From the NCBI GenBank assembly GCA_000320545.1, contig ADNK01003417.1, positions 1 through 51,163 of the forward strand: a stretch of DNA of 51,163 bases, given 5' to 3'. A program made the position numbers and the translations under genes. Numbering within the stretch: position 1 is the stretch's first letter; every line of letters starts with the position of its first letter. Shown piece by piece: positions 1 to 13,572 of the stretch. Origin of the DNA: Bigelowiella natans CCMP2755. Lineage: Eukaryota; Protista; Cercozoa. The notes beneath the pieces are model-generated. The model searched no databases and was not told the origin of the DNA. It saw nothing but the letters and a program-made list of their open reading frames with translations.

Positions 1-9
1 ATTCAAGTT

Positions 10-138
10 GCATCGCCATCGTGATAATAATAGAGATAGTGATAATGATAATGATGGCACCCCCCCCCCCCCGCATATAGCGATTATTTGTCTTCAGTCA
101 CTCACTCTGCGAATACAAAGATACACACACACACACAC

Positions 139-186
<48 letters not shown>

Positions 187-321
187 GTGTGTGTGTGTGT
201 GTGTGTATCGTTGTATTCGCCGAATGATTGACTGAAGACAAATAATCGCAATATTCGCGGCTGATGCGGTGCCATCATCATCATCATCACCATCACCATT
301 ATCATCACGATGACGACGTGC
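10..321. repeat. Long imperfect inverted repeat (foldback) centred on a (CA)n(TA)n(TG)n microsatellite, inside an intron
   Basis: GCGATTATTTGTCTTCAGTCA at ~80-100 is the reverse complement of TGACTGAAGACAAATAATCGC at ~229-249; complementarity extends outward through GAT/ATC repeats. Confidence 0.9.
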
Positions 322-325
322 GCAG

Positions 326-405
326 AAGCAGGAACTGCCCCCCGAGATCGAAAGCACGGTCAAATTCTTGGACAGGATATATCCTAAATTTAAGGTAAAT
401 CAGCT

Positions 406-439
<34 letters not shown>

Positions 440-689
440 TAAGGGGGAGGGGGGGGGGGGGAGGAGGGCCGCAATGGGAATGTAGGAGGCATGGAAACAT
501 CAGCAACAATGCTCCTGCTGCTCCTGCTGCTGCTGCTGAGATGATGATCTCGACTGAGAAACAACCAAAACAACAACAATTCAGATCGACCTGGTGATAG
601 TTGAGGGCGAATTCTCCCCCGCAAACGTTCGCTTTCTCTCGCGCCTGCTCGACATCCCGAGGTGGGCGCGATTTGCATGTGCGTGTGCG

Positions 690-726
<37 letters not shown>

Positions 727-916
727 TATTTATATTGTGTGTGTGTGTGTGTGTGTGCGTTGTGTTTGTGCGTATGTAGAAGAGACATTGCTGACAAATA
801 ATCTGCGCGCACGCATACTGAAAACAACCAGGAATCGTATGTTCATGGCCTGCCCATCCACAGAGCTGAGGCAAACGGTTGCATCTCTAGGCGGCGTACG
901 CGTCATAACTCATTAA
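326..916 (+). CDS. 3' exons of an APC-superfamily amino-acid permease-like gene (5' part upstream of window); exons ~326-394, 585-661, 832-916
   Basis: GT-AG exons join in phase to KQELPPEIESTVKFLDRIYPKFK-IDLVIVEGEFSPANVRFLSRLLDIPR-NRMFMACPSTELRQTVASLGGVRVITH*. This resembles the cytosolic C-tail (N.MF...P........LGGVR.I) of bacterial/protist amino-acid permeases. Confidence 0.7.
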
Positions 917-1778
917 GCAGGATCCATCGCGAATAATCCCCGCATTGCAAACCTTGCATGAACATGCTGGCCGTGCTGCTACATGCGTAAGAAATACGCC
1001 GCCTCGCGACGTCGCGCTGAACGTTCCGTTACGCGTGAAATGAACGTATCGCTGTTGCTACTTATTTCTGATCGATTTGTACGTGTGTCTATGTCGCGCG
1101 TAGGCCGCATGAATATTTAATGTATACTGTTATCTGCAGCAATTTTGCTCATCAGACCGTCAGCACTGGCGGATGTAGGACCATCGTAATTCGTCGAAGT
1201 CGCATGCTTTGCTAGCATGGCTAACGTAACGTATACGTACTAGCTAACAAGTTGTACGTAGCTGCGTCTAGGCCGTGCGTGCGAGCAGCATTTACATCGC
1301 GATTTGTTGGCGCACTGGCGGAGTAGTCGCTCGCGCTGACACCTCGCTGTTGTCTTATATTTGTTATGTTCATTAGGCGTGGCATGGTGGCTGTTTAACG
1401 CTACTAGCAAGCATGCTAGGTCGCTCATCATCTAGATCATGTACGCATGGTAATGGCCTGAGGTTGCATCCATGTGAGATGGATCGGATGTATCGTAATT
1501 AATAGCATCCACACTAGCACATCCAATGCAAGCCTAATAAACGAATAGCGTAGCTATAGGAGTACATACGCGCCATGTAGCATGTGCGGCCATGATGCAT
1601 CATGCCGCGCTACCCGTGCAAATTAATGTGCGCGTCCCGCAGCTAATGTCTACACACGACAAGTCAGCCGCCTATGTTCCAGATGGTACATGGAGTTCAT
1701 TTTGATAAGGTAAAGCGCTGCTCATTCGCGCCTGGATTACGAGAAAACTACCAGCAATTGGCTGCCGTCACCGTGAGG

Positions 1779-1994
1779 CTACTGACCATGCGGTTCCTTG
1801 CGAGAGATTTTAAGGGGAGTCTTTGCAGTCGCGTCCAGCTTCAAGCTCTTCGTCATCCCTTCTATTTCCTGATGTGACAGTAATCGTTGCAGATGTTGAT
1901 GGAAGGAAGGGGCCCGGAGCAAAACAACGCACATACACGCGCGAGAAAGGACGATGGTGGGACTTTGGCAGAGGAACATGCAAATAATATGTGT

Positions 1995-2070
<76 letters not shown>

Positions 2071-5000
2071 TGTGTGTGTGTGTGTAACACGAGCACCGCG
2101 CCGCAGCCCCTACCTGCACGAGTCCCTTGCACTTAATAATCGTCTCACATTGTTTTCCTGTGATACCAACACAACACATCGCACCGCTACGTGAGAGAAT
2201 AGCAGCAGGAATGAATCTACGCACGCACATAAAATTTATGAAGAAGGAGAGAGAGGAAGGGGGAGGGAGAGAGGGAGAGAGAGAGAGATAGAGAGAGAAG
2301 GAAGAGGCTCGAGGTGGGGTGACAATCAATAGCAGTAGAAGCACTCACGGATCAATCGCTGCAACTTCGATATGCTCCTTGCAGCTTCCTGGCTATCGAG
2401 CCTGACCGAGGAGAAGAAAGGAAAATTTCATCAAAATCTGCCCATCAGGCCACCAGAACAAGGTGCGGTGCGGCGTGTGTGCGTCCCCCCCCCCCCCCTC
2501 ACCCGAGATTGCTGCCGGCGCGGCCCCTCGGCGCTAGGCCCTTCTCGTAGTCGGCCTTGAGCTTCCGCGAACCACGTTCGAGCCTCTCCGCTTGTATCTG
2601 CACATGCACACAGCAGCCAAGGAAAGAAGGCAGGACCAAATAAGAGAGCGGGAGAGAACAGGGCGAGACCGCGACGAAACAGGGAAGGGAGGGGAGGGGA
2701 TGGGGGAGGAGAGAGCAGGGGGGTGGCGTGAGGCGACATGTGTTAAAAGAGATGACCTTGAAAACCTTAACCTCCGCCATTTGCTTCGTCGTCTCCCTCC
2801 AATAGGCCTCTTCAGCAGCAGAGAGCCGACCGGATTTCAACTTCGATATGCGTTTGAACACGTCCCGCGAGCGGCGCAGCAAGCTCTCCCCCCGATGTGT
2901 CGCTGAGGAGGGAGAGGAGGACGAAGGTTTGTGCGTGTATGCGTATGCGTATGTGTATGTGTGAGTGTGTGCGCGCGCGCGTGGGTGGTTCACTGCTCGC
3001 CGCCGCCGTGCCATAATTCTCATTTCCATTATTATTATCATTAAAACCACGATGAGTCATTATCATCCTTAGAACTACCGAGAAAAGCAGTCCTCGCCTT
3101 CAGATTCTCGTTGTTCTTTTCCACAATCTCGCAGGCGCGCTGCAGGGTCTTGGCGGCTTTGAGATTGCACGCCATGTACGTGGGCAGGAAGTGCATGCGG
3201 TTGAGGGCCTCCAACTTGTACTGGTGGGAGATGTGAGAGGCCTATCTCGCAAATATCGTTGCGGGAATAGAAAGGTGGTGTTGTTGGTGCTGCTCTTGTC
3301 TTACAGGCAGATGTGGAAAAAAGCAAGCTCGCACATTCACACGAGCACTCAAACACATACACGCGTGTTTGTGCGTGCGTTTCGATCGTACCTTGGCCAT
3401 GTACTTCCAGACATCTTGAATGGCCTTGAGGGCGGCGACGGTCTTCAAGGACTCCGGGTCATCGAGATCCGCGCTATCGAGCTCCCTGTGCTTGGAATTA
3501 ATGTGCTCCGTTAAATCCCTAATGGTGTCCTTCCTGATATAGAAGCCGGGTGGACGCAAGAGGAGGGGAGGATCAAACAAAGAAACAGCGATCATCAACA
3601 TTCAGTTAGCTGCGCTCGAAAGAGAGAGGCGGCACACCATCCGTGAGTTTGGTATAAAAAGGCCTCGGACCCCCCCCCCCCCCCCTCTAATTATGAGTGG
3701 TGGTAGTTACTGCACACGTACAGCTTATTGAGAAGGGGCTCCGCCATTTCTTGGAAGGGCTGGAATTCAGGAGGGTCTACACACACACACACACACACAC
3801 ACGTACACACACGTACACACACGTCACAGAGTGAGCAAGTAAGCGAGTAAACAACTCGCCAACACGAATCGATTCATTGCATCAGCCCCAACGGGCCTTA
3901 CGCGACAAAGAATAATTGGCCATTACGTTCTTGATTCACGGGGGCATCATCATCCCTATCACTTTCATCACCACCACCACCACCACCACCACCATCATCG
4001 TCATCATCATCCCCCCCCCTTCCCCCCACGTTCTCCGCTGCTAGCATTCGCGACCACCCATCATGTCATTCTTGCGGTCCGCCTGATGGCTGTTGTCGGG
4101 GAACACGGGAACCGAGCTGGGGTGAGGACAGCGCGCGCAGACAGCTTTCCCCCTCCCCCCCCCTCCGAGGAGAATCAGATAGCGCCCAACCGATTGGTTG
4201 TTGATGACGCAATAGCTTGGCTTCCGCGGTCGGTGCTGATTGCTGCAGTCCGTTTTCGGTATATCAGTCGCCACATTGACGATGGACATGGCAGAGAATC
4301 CTGTCGATGGTGCCTGGCCCTTGTAGTCATCGCTGCCCCCCCCCCCGCGCGCATTCTGTAGTGCGAAGAGCCATGGTATGCTTACAGAAGCCGCGCAGTG
4401 CTGGCAGATCGCAAGGAACGCACCCCGAACGTATTTGTCGCGAACAAGGCCGGAGATCCACCCCCCCGATCTAACTTCAGCTCTCTGCAGCAGTAGCAGT
4501 AGGAGGAGCAGGGGAAGGAAAGAGAGAGGGGGGGGGGGAGGCGGGATTGCCAAAAGCAAGATTAGAAGTGTGAAGTAAAGGTGAGCGACGCCGGTAGAAC
4601 AATCGAAGATGAGTGGACTCAATGACACGCCCTTTCTTCTTCCCCCCCCGTCCTCCTCATTCTCCCTCACCCCATTATTATTCTGCAACTACCCAACACC
4701 TGCATGCACTCGAACGCGGCAGCAGCGCCGGCGCGTCTCCTCCCCTTCGCGCCCCCCCCCTCCTCCTCCTCCTCCTCCTCAATTTCGCAGAGGGGGATCG
4801 TGGGGGCCCTGCCTACATGTGCCGCCACTCTCTGCCTCTGCCCTACTATCACTACAGGGAGGCCCCCGACCGCTTTCGAACCAGCATCTCCCTGGATGGT
4901 CTCGCACAGGAAGGCCGGCGACACTGCTGCTGCTGCTGCTGCTGCTGTATCATCAGAGGGTTCCGGAGCACCGGCAACGATCATCTGGAACGCGACCTTC

Positions 5001-5307
5001 CTGAGCGCGGCCCGGGCCCTCTCGCCCGTTGTCTGGGCGCACAAGTACTCGCTTTTCTTCCGCTCTCCGGCCAGCGCGGGCACGCGGCGCCATATTCTCT
5101 GCAGCTCGACTAACCACGCGCGGTACTGCTGCCCGCGCACATCGCCGCCGTCGTCGCCGCCGTCGTTCTTGAGTTCTGCCAGAGCGAACATCTCGCCGAG
5201 GCGCCGCTCTCTTAGCACGATGCCGTCTGGGATGATGGGGCAAATTGTGAACACGGATCCCCCGGCGTCTACAAGGTACACCGCCATGGCCTCCCACCCG
5301 TCCTGCG

Positions 5308-5347
<40 letters not shown>

Positions 5348-6453
5348 CGAAATCAACACACGATGAAGGAGAATAAGACAAAACAGAGCGTGGTCAGTAA
5401 GCGAATCGGAGAGGCCGCATTGAGTGAGCGGGATGAGGGGTGTATGGCACTATTAATTAATCGCGGAGAACACCGACGCCCTTTTCGCGTACGCACAAAT
5501 GGCCCCGGCGGCGCGCGGTGCCATGAAAAACAGGAGGAGTTGTCAGCAAGTAATCGCGCTCGATATAAAGCACAACCGGTCTATTGAAGGCAAAGTCCAC
5601 GCAACCCGGTGGAATGTCTTGGAGGACCAACTCGGGCTTCGATTCGCCGATTTTATACATTGCAAGGACGTTGTCTTCGGTGAGCATGAGAACGTGATGC
5701 TTGCTCATGGGGTGCCAACCTGCCTTCAGCAGCCTGCGGTTCTTTCCAACCGTCCCCACGGTGTCACTCTCATAGTAGAATTCGGGTTCCGAAGATTGCC
5801 CGTGGGATTTTTCCTCATCATTACCATCATCGTTGTTGTCGTTATCATCATGATCATCATTATCGTACCCGTGCCTTTTCGGCCTGGCAAATCGCTTCAT
5901 CTTGACCTTGATGAGCACTACCTGACAGGAGGTCTCGCCCCACGCAAGAATCATACTCCCATCACGATTCACCTCAAGATTGGTGGCTGTCTCGCTCAGC
6001 GGTGGCTCGCAACTGAACTTCTCGCTTCGCATCGAGGCTGCCGCTTCCACGTGCGCTGCTCTATCCTGACGATGGCAGTCATTTAAATTGACCACCGTCA
6101 GGTGAGAATCTGCGAGGATATATAGGTGTGCCCCTCCACAACAGCAGGTCCTGCGCTCCCGTTGTTCATCCTTTGGATCACATTCAAACCCTGCTATGAG
6201 GACGACTCAACACTCATTCAAAACGAACGCCCCCTCCCCCCGCTTGAGAACAGCGGCTAACCGCAAGGTAGAAATGCGGTTTCTAGCTCCCTTAAATTAA
6301 AAACCCAAGATCACATGCATCATTAGCCGTTGCCATTACCACACTGTCGGCGAGGACCGGAAGGTTCTGGACTGCAGAGGAGAAGGAATCTGTTATGACG
6401 TTGTGTTTTCGATCCAGCCTCGAGATGAGCTCCTTTCTCGCCTCTTCAGACAT
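1779..6453 (-). CDS. NUP88: Nup88/Nup82-like nucleoporin (N-terminal beta-propeller, C-terminal coiled coil), multi-exon
   Basis: ATG at 6453 (MSEEARKELISRLD..). Propeller motif 'AGWHPMSKHHVLMLTEDNVLAMY' matches Nup88 WHP....L..LT.DN.L..Y. The coiled-coil segment 'LSAAEEAYWRE' resembles the Nup88 LS.AE....E motif. The last four exons join in phase to stop at 1779. Confidence 0.7.
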
Positions 6454-7228
6454 GCTGCAGCTCTACAGAACGGTTATGGAGGTGCTAGTCTGCTTGGCTG
6501 GCTGCAGCTTTGTGGGAGGGGGTTCCCTTTGGCAGGCGATGCGGGAGAGGGCCTTTGGTTTTGGCGGTGGAATTTTCCCTCCTCCACGGACTGTTTTTCC
6601 TGGGGAAAAATATATAGGCAAAACATCTAAAATTCTCAATTTTTTAATTTGTTTTCAATTCTCGTCGAACAGGCATGCAGGCGGCTACCAGATAATTTGA
6701 GAAAGAAATCGGAGAATAAACCCAAATTTCTGATCGAATTCTTCTATCATTGTTCTTTTTGTGTTCCCGACACAATCTTTCCATAGCTTTTTTCGGTTCA
6801 GAAAAAACCTTGGCGTAAATACATGTAGTTTCATCTCTGCGACACGAACCTACAGAGGGTCCGCCAACTCAAATTTTGCAAATTCTCCTATATTAAACTC
6901 AGTGATCCGTCTTATTTCGTTGTCTTTGACTGTGAAAGGGCAATCAGAAGCTCGTGCTTATTCTGAAAAGGGGAAAATTGGAGTGCGTGATCTCTCGCGG
7001 GCTGCGACGGCTTGGAAATGACATAAGAATTTTTACATGCGACTTACTGTTTTGGTTAATTTTGAGAAATAATCTCCGTGAAAGCCGCTTCTCAGCTACT
7101 CAGCCTTACGACAGTCTAACTGGAATCCCTCCCCTCCCCCCTCTGGAAATACTAGCTGGACTTAACGTCATCACCGAGTCACCGTTCTTGAGATAGCCAA
7201 GGGTGGCTAGCAACTCAATTCAGCAATC

Positions 7229-8393
7229 ATGTACAATCTCTTCCGTTACTGTGGCGATTTTATGCACCTCGCCTCCATCATGATCCTGCTTTTCAAGATT
7301 CGCAGCCGCAAGAACTGCACAGGTTACCTGACATGATCGCTGCGCTACGCGATACCACCATGCATCTACCCGTTGAAATATGGGATATATGGGTGGCCGT
7401 TCTTTTGTAATTATATGGAAGTGGTCAAAATAATGATAGACATACCACTAAGCATATTGTCAGATCCCTAACGTATTTGTGGGGGTTGCTCGAATTTTAT
7501 ATTACACGTGTCAAAACATGCGTTTGACATAGCCAAAATAATTATGACCATGGATTTTAATGATAGCGCTGGTGGATGACACAGTGGCGGTGGTTGCGTG
7601 GAATTCAAAATGCTAAACAATACCCTATCCTCAGGGATTTCCCTCAAATCGCAACAGCTCTACGCTCTTGTCTTCATTACGAGATACCTCGATCTTTTCC
7701 ATAGTTCGTGGTATAATATGTTCATGAAGATCATCTTTATCTCCTCGTCCATCTACATCGTCTACCTCATAATGTTCGTTCAACCCATCTGCGCGACGTA
7801 CAACAAAAGCATGGACGAAAAGCTGCGGATTGAATGGCTCTGCGGTATTTGCACTGTCCTGGCGATAATACGCCAAGTGTTAATCAGCGATTATGACGTA
7901 ATAGAGGTACTATTCACTAAGTCATTCTGCTGGAGCATTGCAATAGCTCACTTGCATAACATTTGCTCAATTTTTGCATCAGTTGCTGTGGAGTTTCTCT
8001 ATCTGGCTGGAATCACTGGCGATTCTTCCTCAGCTTATGGTGGTGCACGAATATGCAAAGAACGACGGCGGTTTTGTCGAGAATCTTACTTCCCATTACG
8101 TCTTCACGCTGGGAGGCTACCGTTTCATGTACATTCTGAACTGGGTAAGAACGACTCGGTGCATGTTTGCTTTCTCTGTTCCTTCTGTCGTCGAATTTTG
8201 ACACCCATCGTGAGGAATTTGATTTATTTGCATCCATAATTCACTTTAGATCTGGCGCCGCGCGGCCGACCCAACTTATAGCGACTGGGAGTCTTGGATT
8301 GCGGGAATCGTCCAAACAGTGATTTATTGTGATTTCTTCTTCTACTACCTCAAAGCTTGGAAATCAGGAGGCCGGACTCGTCTTCCTATGTAG
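7229..8393 (+). CDS. ERD2: ER lumen protein-retaining (KDEL/HDEL) receptor; exons 7229-7322, 7635-7906, 7983-8144, 8250-8393
   Basis: MYNLFRYCGDFMHLASIMILLFKI..GISLKSQQLYALVFITRYLDLF..WSFSIWLESLAILPQL..ENLTSHYVFTLGGYRFMYILNWI..AGIVQTVIYCDFFFYY; canonical ERD2 motifs, in-phase GT-AG introns. Confidence 0.96.
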
Positions 8394-8624
8394 TGGTATC
8401 CTAACCGGGCCTTCATACTTGCACAGTTTTACCAGAAGTAGATTGTTGCAGAACACAAGCTAGCTACTAATGGCATGTCCGCAAGTATAAACTACATGGC
8501 AGCGTCAAATGTTACCGCTTCATTACAGCCAGATTCTAGTGTAGTGTGATCAGCCAGCGCGCAGCAATGCATATTTGCAGCAGTGCCAGCACAGTTATCA
8601 CATATTGCTGCATACACTTATGCA

Positions 8625-8670
<46 letters not shown>

Positions 8671-9454
8671 CAGGCATATACATGTACACATGTACACATT
8701 TATACGTACATGTAGCTGCGCTACGGTGAACATGTAATGAGAGCCATGCCACTTCATTTTTTACATTATTGTAGTCCGATTGCTACGAACGACGATCTAG
8801 TAACGGTGCCTATCTAGCTGTGTTATAGTGTGCGAGCGATCGTGGGTCGGATCGTGTCGGATCGCATTACATGCAAGATGGCATTATACATGCGCGTAGC
8901 CTGCATGCGGCGCTGAATGTGACTTATAGACTTATATTTGTATTAGAGTCATGAAATATTACCGTAGAGCATAGTTTGCATGAGCTATTGAAAAGATTCA
9001 ATCACTTCATGCATTACATCCGTCATCCGTCTCGCATAGTTTGCATGTGCTCACATGCGTTGTCATACGTACAAATGGTGCCTCCTGCGCGATATCATGA
9101 GGTCAGCGTACATGCTATCTATGCTAGCTGTGTACGTGCATACGCCAGCAAGCACACACGCTCCCCTGTAGCTTCTGGTATATTCGCGGTTGTACTTTGC
9201 ATAGATTACGCACACATTTGCATGTAAGTAGCACCTGGCATATATAAATGGAAGCGCGGTACAATGTGACGCCGAGATTATTATATGATACAAAGTTCAT
9301 ATTTGATCTTTATCCAAATGGGCATTTATGTTCGTAAGGGGGCAGCATCGGCGGATTGGTGCCTTTATCTTTGACAACCCAAAGTTCGCAACCTTTCACA
9401 CCAGCTTGCCTGGATACACACACACACACACACACACATACGCACGCACGCCCG

Positions 9455-9505
<51 letters not shown>

Positions 9506-9949
9506 TAGCATGGATTGCAGACTTACTGGCAAATGATTTTAGGTGCAAGAAAAATGTCACACAGTTCTCGGTGAGGCGATGCTTTTTCATTGAAGAAGAA
9601 ATCTCCTGCCTGATTTACCAAAGGCGTCAAGCAACAACATCACTAATTTTGTGAGAACTTTTACTTTTTTTGTGCCATAGTTATCCCTAAATTCGCCCTA
9701 AAATTTTACCAAATAAAGTCACAAATTCGCATGATATTGGCATTCACCCAACATGTTCGACCTTTGCAACAAAGCACCACTCTGCCGACCCATGCCAATG
9801 ATTCGGAAATCTAAAAAAAGAAGGACAAAATCTTAGACCTATGTGACAATATGGAGTTCCGTTGATCGATCACCTTGCGTTAGGCTCGAACCTCAGTTTT
9901 AATGCGAAGCGTCCATTCTCTAATTCGAACTTATATATGAGCCCAAAGT

Positions 9950-11150
9950 TGCGCAGTGTGATGTTCTAGTGTACCAGCCTCTGTATAAAGTTTCCATGCG
10001 CGCACATTACCCTCGTCCTATCAGTTTATAAAGGACAAATTGATATGACACGGGCCCGACACTGATGCGAAGGAGTCACCTCTTTTCTCATTCCAGGAGC
10101 TATCAGAGCTTCCCATTTCTCTTCAGATGCTTGGATCTAAATACATATTGAAGCCACCCCAATTTCAACACTGTGTATTCTAGCGTACGAGTAACGAAAT
10201 ATTTAGCTTGATTAGTCACCGATTTGTTCATAATCCCATTGTGGGTTATCGGTCACAGGAAAGGGTTATATTCCTACCTGAGTCCCTTCTCGTTGCCCCT
10301 TTTTCTCTTTTTCTTGTTCAGAGCGACAGAGGCGATAGTAGCAACGAATAGATACAGTAGCTATGCAAGTGATTACTCCGAGACTGTACAAACCCCGATG
10401 CAGCATGGCAGCCATTGCTTGCAACGCGACCCTTCGTTTTGGAGCAGTATTTAAGAAGAGGAGCTTTAGGTTTCCGTATGAATCTACACCTTTTGTGCTC
10501 CCCAATCCAGTTATACAGTACTGGAGCAGCTGTACTGCCCAAGAAAGTCCTTCGGTGTCGTTGTACTCTCCCTATTCCAGGACACGCGTACGGTGGCTGA
10601 GAGCACCACCTCAGCACACGTCGTGCACGGTTTCCGTACTGCCATTCTCAACATAAATCCATGCGAATTTCTATCTGCGACAACATGAAAGCAATTGAGC
10701 TCAATTTTGGAGGTTTGCCAAACATACCTGTAAACGTCCTGGGCCGCAAGAGAAGTGGTTGCTCATCCTTCATTACGTCACCGCTTCTTATCAATCCAGT
10801 CACTATCCGGTACAATCGGGTCTTACACATTCTAGTGGATTTTACCCCAAATGCGAATCTATTTTTAGAATGCGACAGAAATATTTGCCAGCATGTAGAT
10901 CCATAGCATCAACGACACCGTGGCTCTCGAGAGATCCCTAGTTTAAAAAATCCCCCACCCCATGAACGCCCCCCGGCTTTTTTCGACGATTGAGGATGGC
11001 GTGTGAATTGACCTTTTTGTTCAATAATATATTGTCGTAAGTAACGATTTACCTATATTTTTGTAAGTTCTGTTTCACAAATAGTTCGTGCTTGTCTTAC
11101 AAACGCAGCCTGAATTGCCTTTCCACCCTCTCGGTTCTCCTCCTTTCTCA
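9950..11150 (-). CDS. Possible unidentified spliced gene (small membrane protein?); boundaries uncertain
   Basis: Minus-strand GT-AG bounded segments join in phase (..AMLHRGLYSLGVITCIATVSIRCYYRLCRSEQEKEKKGQREGTQ|IQASEEKWEALIAPGMRKE|); another donor lies at ~10728. No family recognised. Confidence 0.3.
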
Positions 11151-11471
11151 TCTGGAGAGCCCAAAGCGAGAAGAGGCTTGTGGTAATTGTCACGGCATCA
11201 CCAAAATTTGTTGTTGTTGTTTTTATTTTCAATTAAAGAATGAGTAGATCCAACAAAGGCCGGCACTTGAAATCACATCTCGAGTTTCTAGTTCTCAAAA
11301 CGACCTTGCAGCTATTTGTGTTGAATGCTGCTCCTTTACTCTTTCTTCCAATAGACAATACTTCCCACAGATAGACATATTTTATGGGAAGTCAAAAAAC
11401 TTAGCGCTACTACTGTTCTTTTCATGCGAAGTCCCTGAGTGTACCTAACTACTATCAAAAGGCTTTGAATC

Positions 11472-12918
11472 ATGGGGCTTGCCTGCTCCAGTGGGACACC
11501 GGTCCAGGAGGAAATTGTTTCTGTGCGCCACCAGGACGTTAGAGACGAGTTTGGAAAATGGATTAAAGCTGAGATAACACCGCTCGAAAACCGCAAAGTT
11601 TCTGTGCACTTCGAAGGCTGGGATGCTAAGTGGTAACATGCGAATTCTTCCATTTTCCTAGCTAACCGACACATCTCCTTCTCCTAATCGGGCCTACCTG
11701 TCCGATAAACCTTCTCATTGCACCTCTATTGAAAAATCAGGGATTGTATAATGGATCTTGATAAAGACAGGGAAGAATTCGCCCCATATGGAAGATACAG
11801 CACCAAAGCAGGTCCGTCCTTGTCTTATTTCTGTCTACCAGATTGACTCCAACATACGCACATTGGCTCCGAGTATCAATGAAATCTGACGGTTCTCTTT
11901 TTGTTTTCAAAGCGGACACAACAAAGTATAGAGAGGGGGACAGGGTGCAAGTGCTGCAGCGGCGTCCTCAGAAACTAAACGAATGGGTCGACGCTGAAGT
12001 CGATACCGTGGAAGGCGCTGAGGTAGTTTTTTTTATGTGCGAGAAGTCTTGAAAGATTATGAAATGTGAATGCTTACGTTTCGAACCTAGGTTCGGGTGA
12101 AATATCACGTAAGGGGCCATAGGAAGCAGTTCCAGTACTGGTATCATGTCAATCGAGCAGAAATCAAGAAACCCTCGGAGGATTACTTCGGATCATCGAA
12201 GCGTTACCGATCAACGGAGGAGAGCAGTCAACCTCGCACCAGGAACCTAGATCGCACGCGGGACGAAGACTATGACGAAGTAGATATGATCCCACCCGAA
12301 AGAGAATTCGGCGGTCGGGCCATGGGTGGCCGTGGAGGGGGCGGCGGCAGCGGTTTCAAAAAGGACGGAAAACTGTGCTGCGACAAATGTAACAAGCCAC
12401 ACCTGACGGAGGACTGCCCTACTTACCGAAAAGCTCGTCCGAAGCATAAGGATGCATGGGTGAATCTGGGGAAAAAACCCATAGAAATGGGTTCAAGCGG
12501 TGGCAACGTGAAAACGTTTTCCGCTCATGTCGTGCGCCAACCCGGGGATGGGAACTGCCTTTTTCATTCGTTATCTCACGGATTAAGGTCTAACGCATCA
12601 ACTCTTCGGAGGAAAATATGCTCCTTTATTCTCAACAACCCCGGCCTTGATATTGGCGGCGACACGATAAAGGAATGGGTCCATTATGATAAAGGCTGCT
12701 CCGTCTCTCGCTACGTTGATAGAATGTCTCGAAACGGCTGCTGGGGTGGCGGTATTGAGATTGCAGCGTGCGCGCACATGGCTGGCGTCAACGTCCATGT
12801 GTGGGAGCGTGGATGGGGGTATCACAAAAGGATAAGTTGTTTTGATGTAAAGAACGCCACAAAGACTATAAATGTGGTGTATCAGGGTCGTATGCATTAC
12901 GATGCTTTAGTTCTTTAA
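11472..12918 (+). CDS. OTU-family deubiquitinase with two Tudor/chromo-barrel-like domains and a CX2CX3HX4C zinc-knuckle-like motif; 4 exons
   Basis: MGLACSS start; 'DVRDEFGKWIKAEI..VSVHFEGWDAKWD..FAPYGRY' Tudor/MBT-like barrel; second barrel 'GDRVQV..EWVDAEVD..VRVKY'; CDKCNKPHLTEDC; OTU motifs PGDGNCLFHSL, WGGGIEI, HYDALV. Confidence 0.85.
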
Positions 12919-13283
12919 TTTAGCACATTTTACGTACGGCATATTTATTTTTGCCTTTGGTTTCCTGCAAGAAATAAAATCATACGGCTAATGTTCGATG
13001 TCTGTAAGCTTAAGAAATTAATTTACGAATTGAAAATTATGTTGCGACGATCGGCCGATATGATGTATACTCTAATACACATAATAAATCTTCTGGTTAG
13101 ACACATAGACTAGCTAGAAACATACAGAGAACGGTGTGTAGAGGTTGCCCTTGTTGCTTACTCTGCATGTCAACAATCTTTGGCCTGTCGCTTTTTTTTG
13201 CTTACGCTGTGCGCACTGTGGTACGGTGCTGTGAGAGAACACACTCAAGACACTGGGCTGTAATGTTCAATATGTTCACTCGC

Positions 13284-13572
13284 TATTGTTATGAGACGGA
13301 TGTAATTATATAATGAATTGATTTAATCTTTTCAATGGCGGCCATCCTAATGTAGCTGTGCAATGCAGCGGCTATATATAGCGCTTATATTGAGTCTGTT
13401 TGTTTCCATTGTCACGTGTTTCATGCGCTAGCTGTAGAAGCATCCTCTCTGTTGCGCGCATGTCGCTATGTCATTGTTATGAGACGTACGGATGTAAACG
13501 GATGTAATTAATCAATTAAATTTTTTCAATGGTCATCCTCATGCAGAATAGCTGTGCAATGCAGGCGGCTAC
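13284..13572 (-). repeat. Two imperfect copies of a ~100-bp dispersed repeat also found at ~8987-9035, ~40478-40515 and 40857-40963
   Basis: Shared core TGCACAGCTA..AGGATG..ATTGAAAA.ATT.AAT....T...ATTACATCCGT. Confidence 0.75.

Noticed and set aside
8-916. ORFs with YIYIYI/CVCVCV/HTHTHT/LSLSLS runs here and throughout the window
   Set aside because: Translations of intronic dinucleotide microsatellites.
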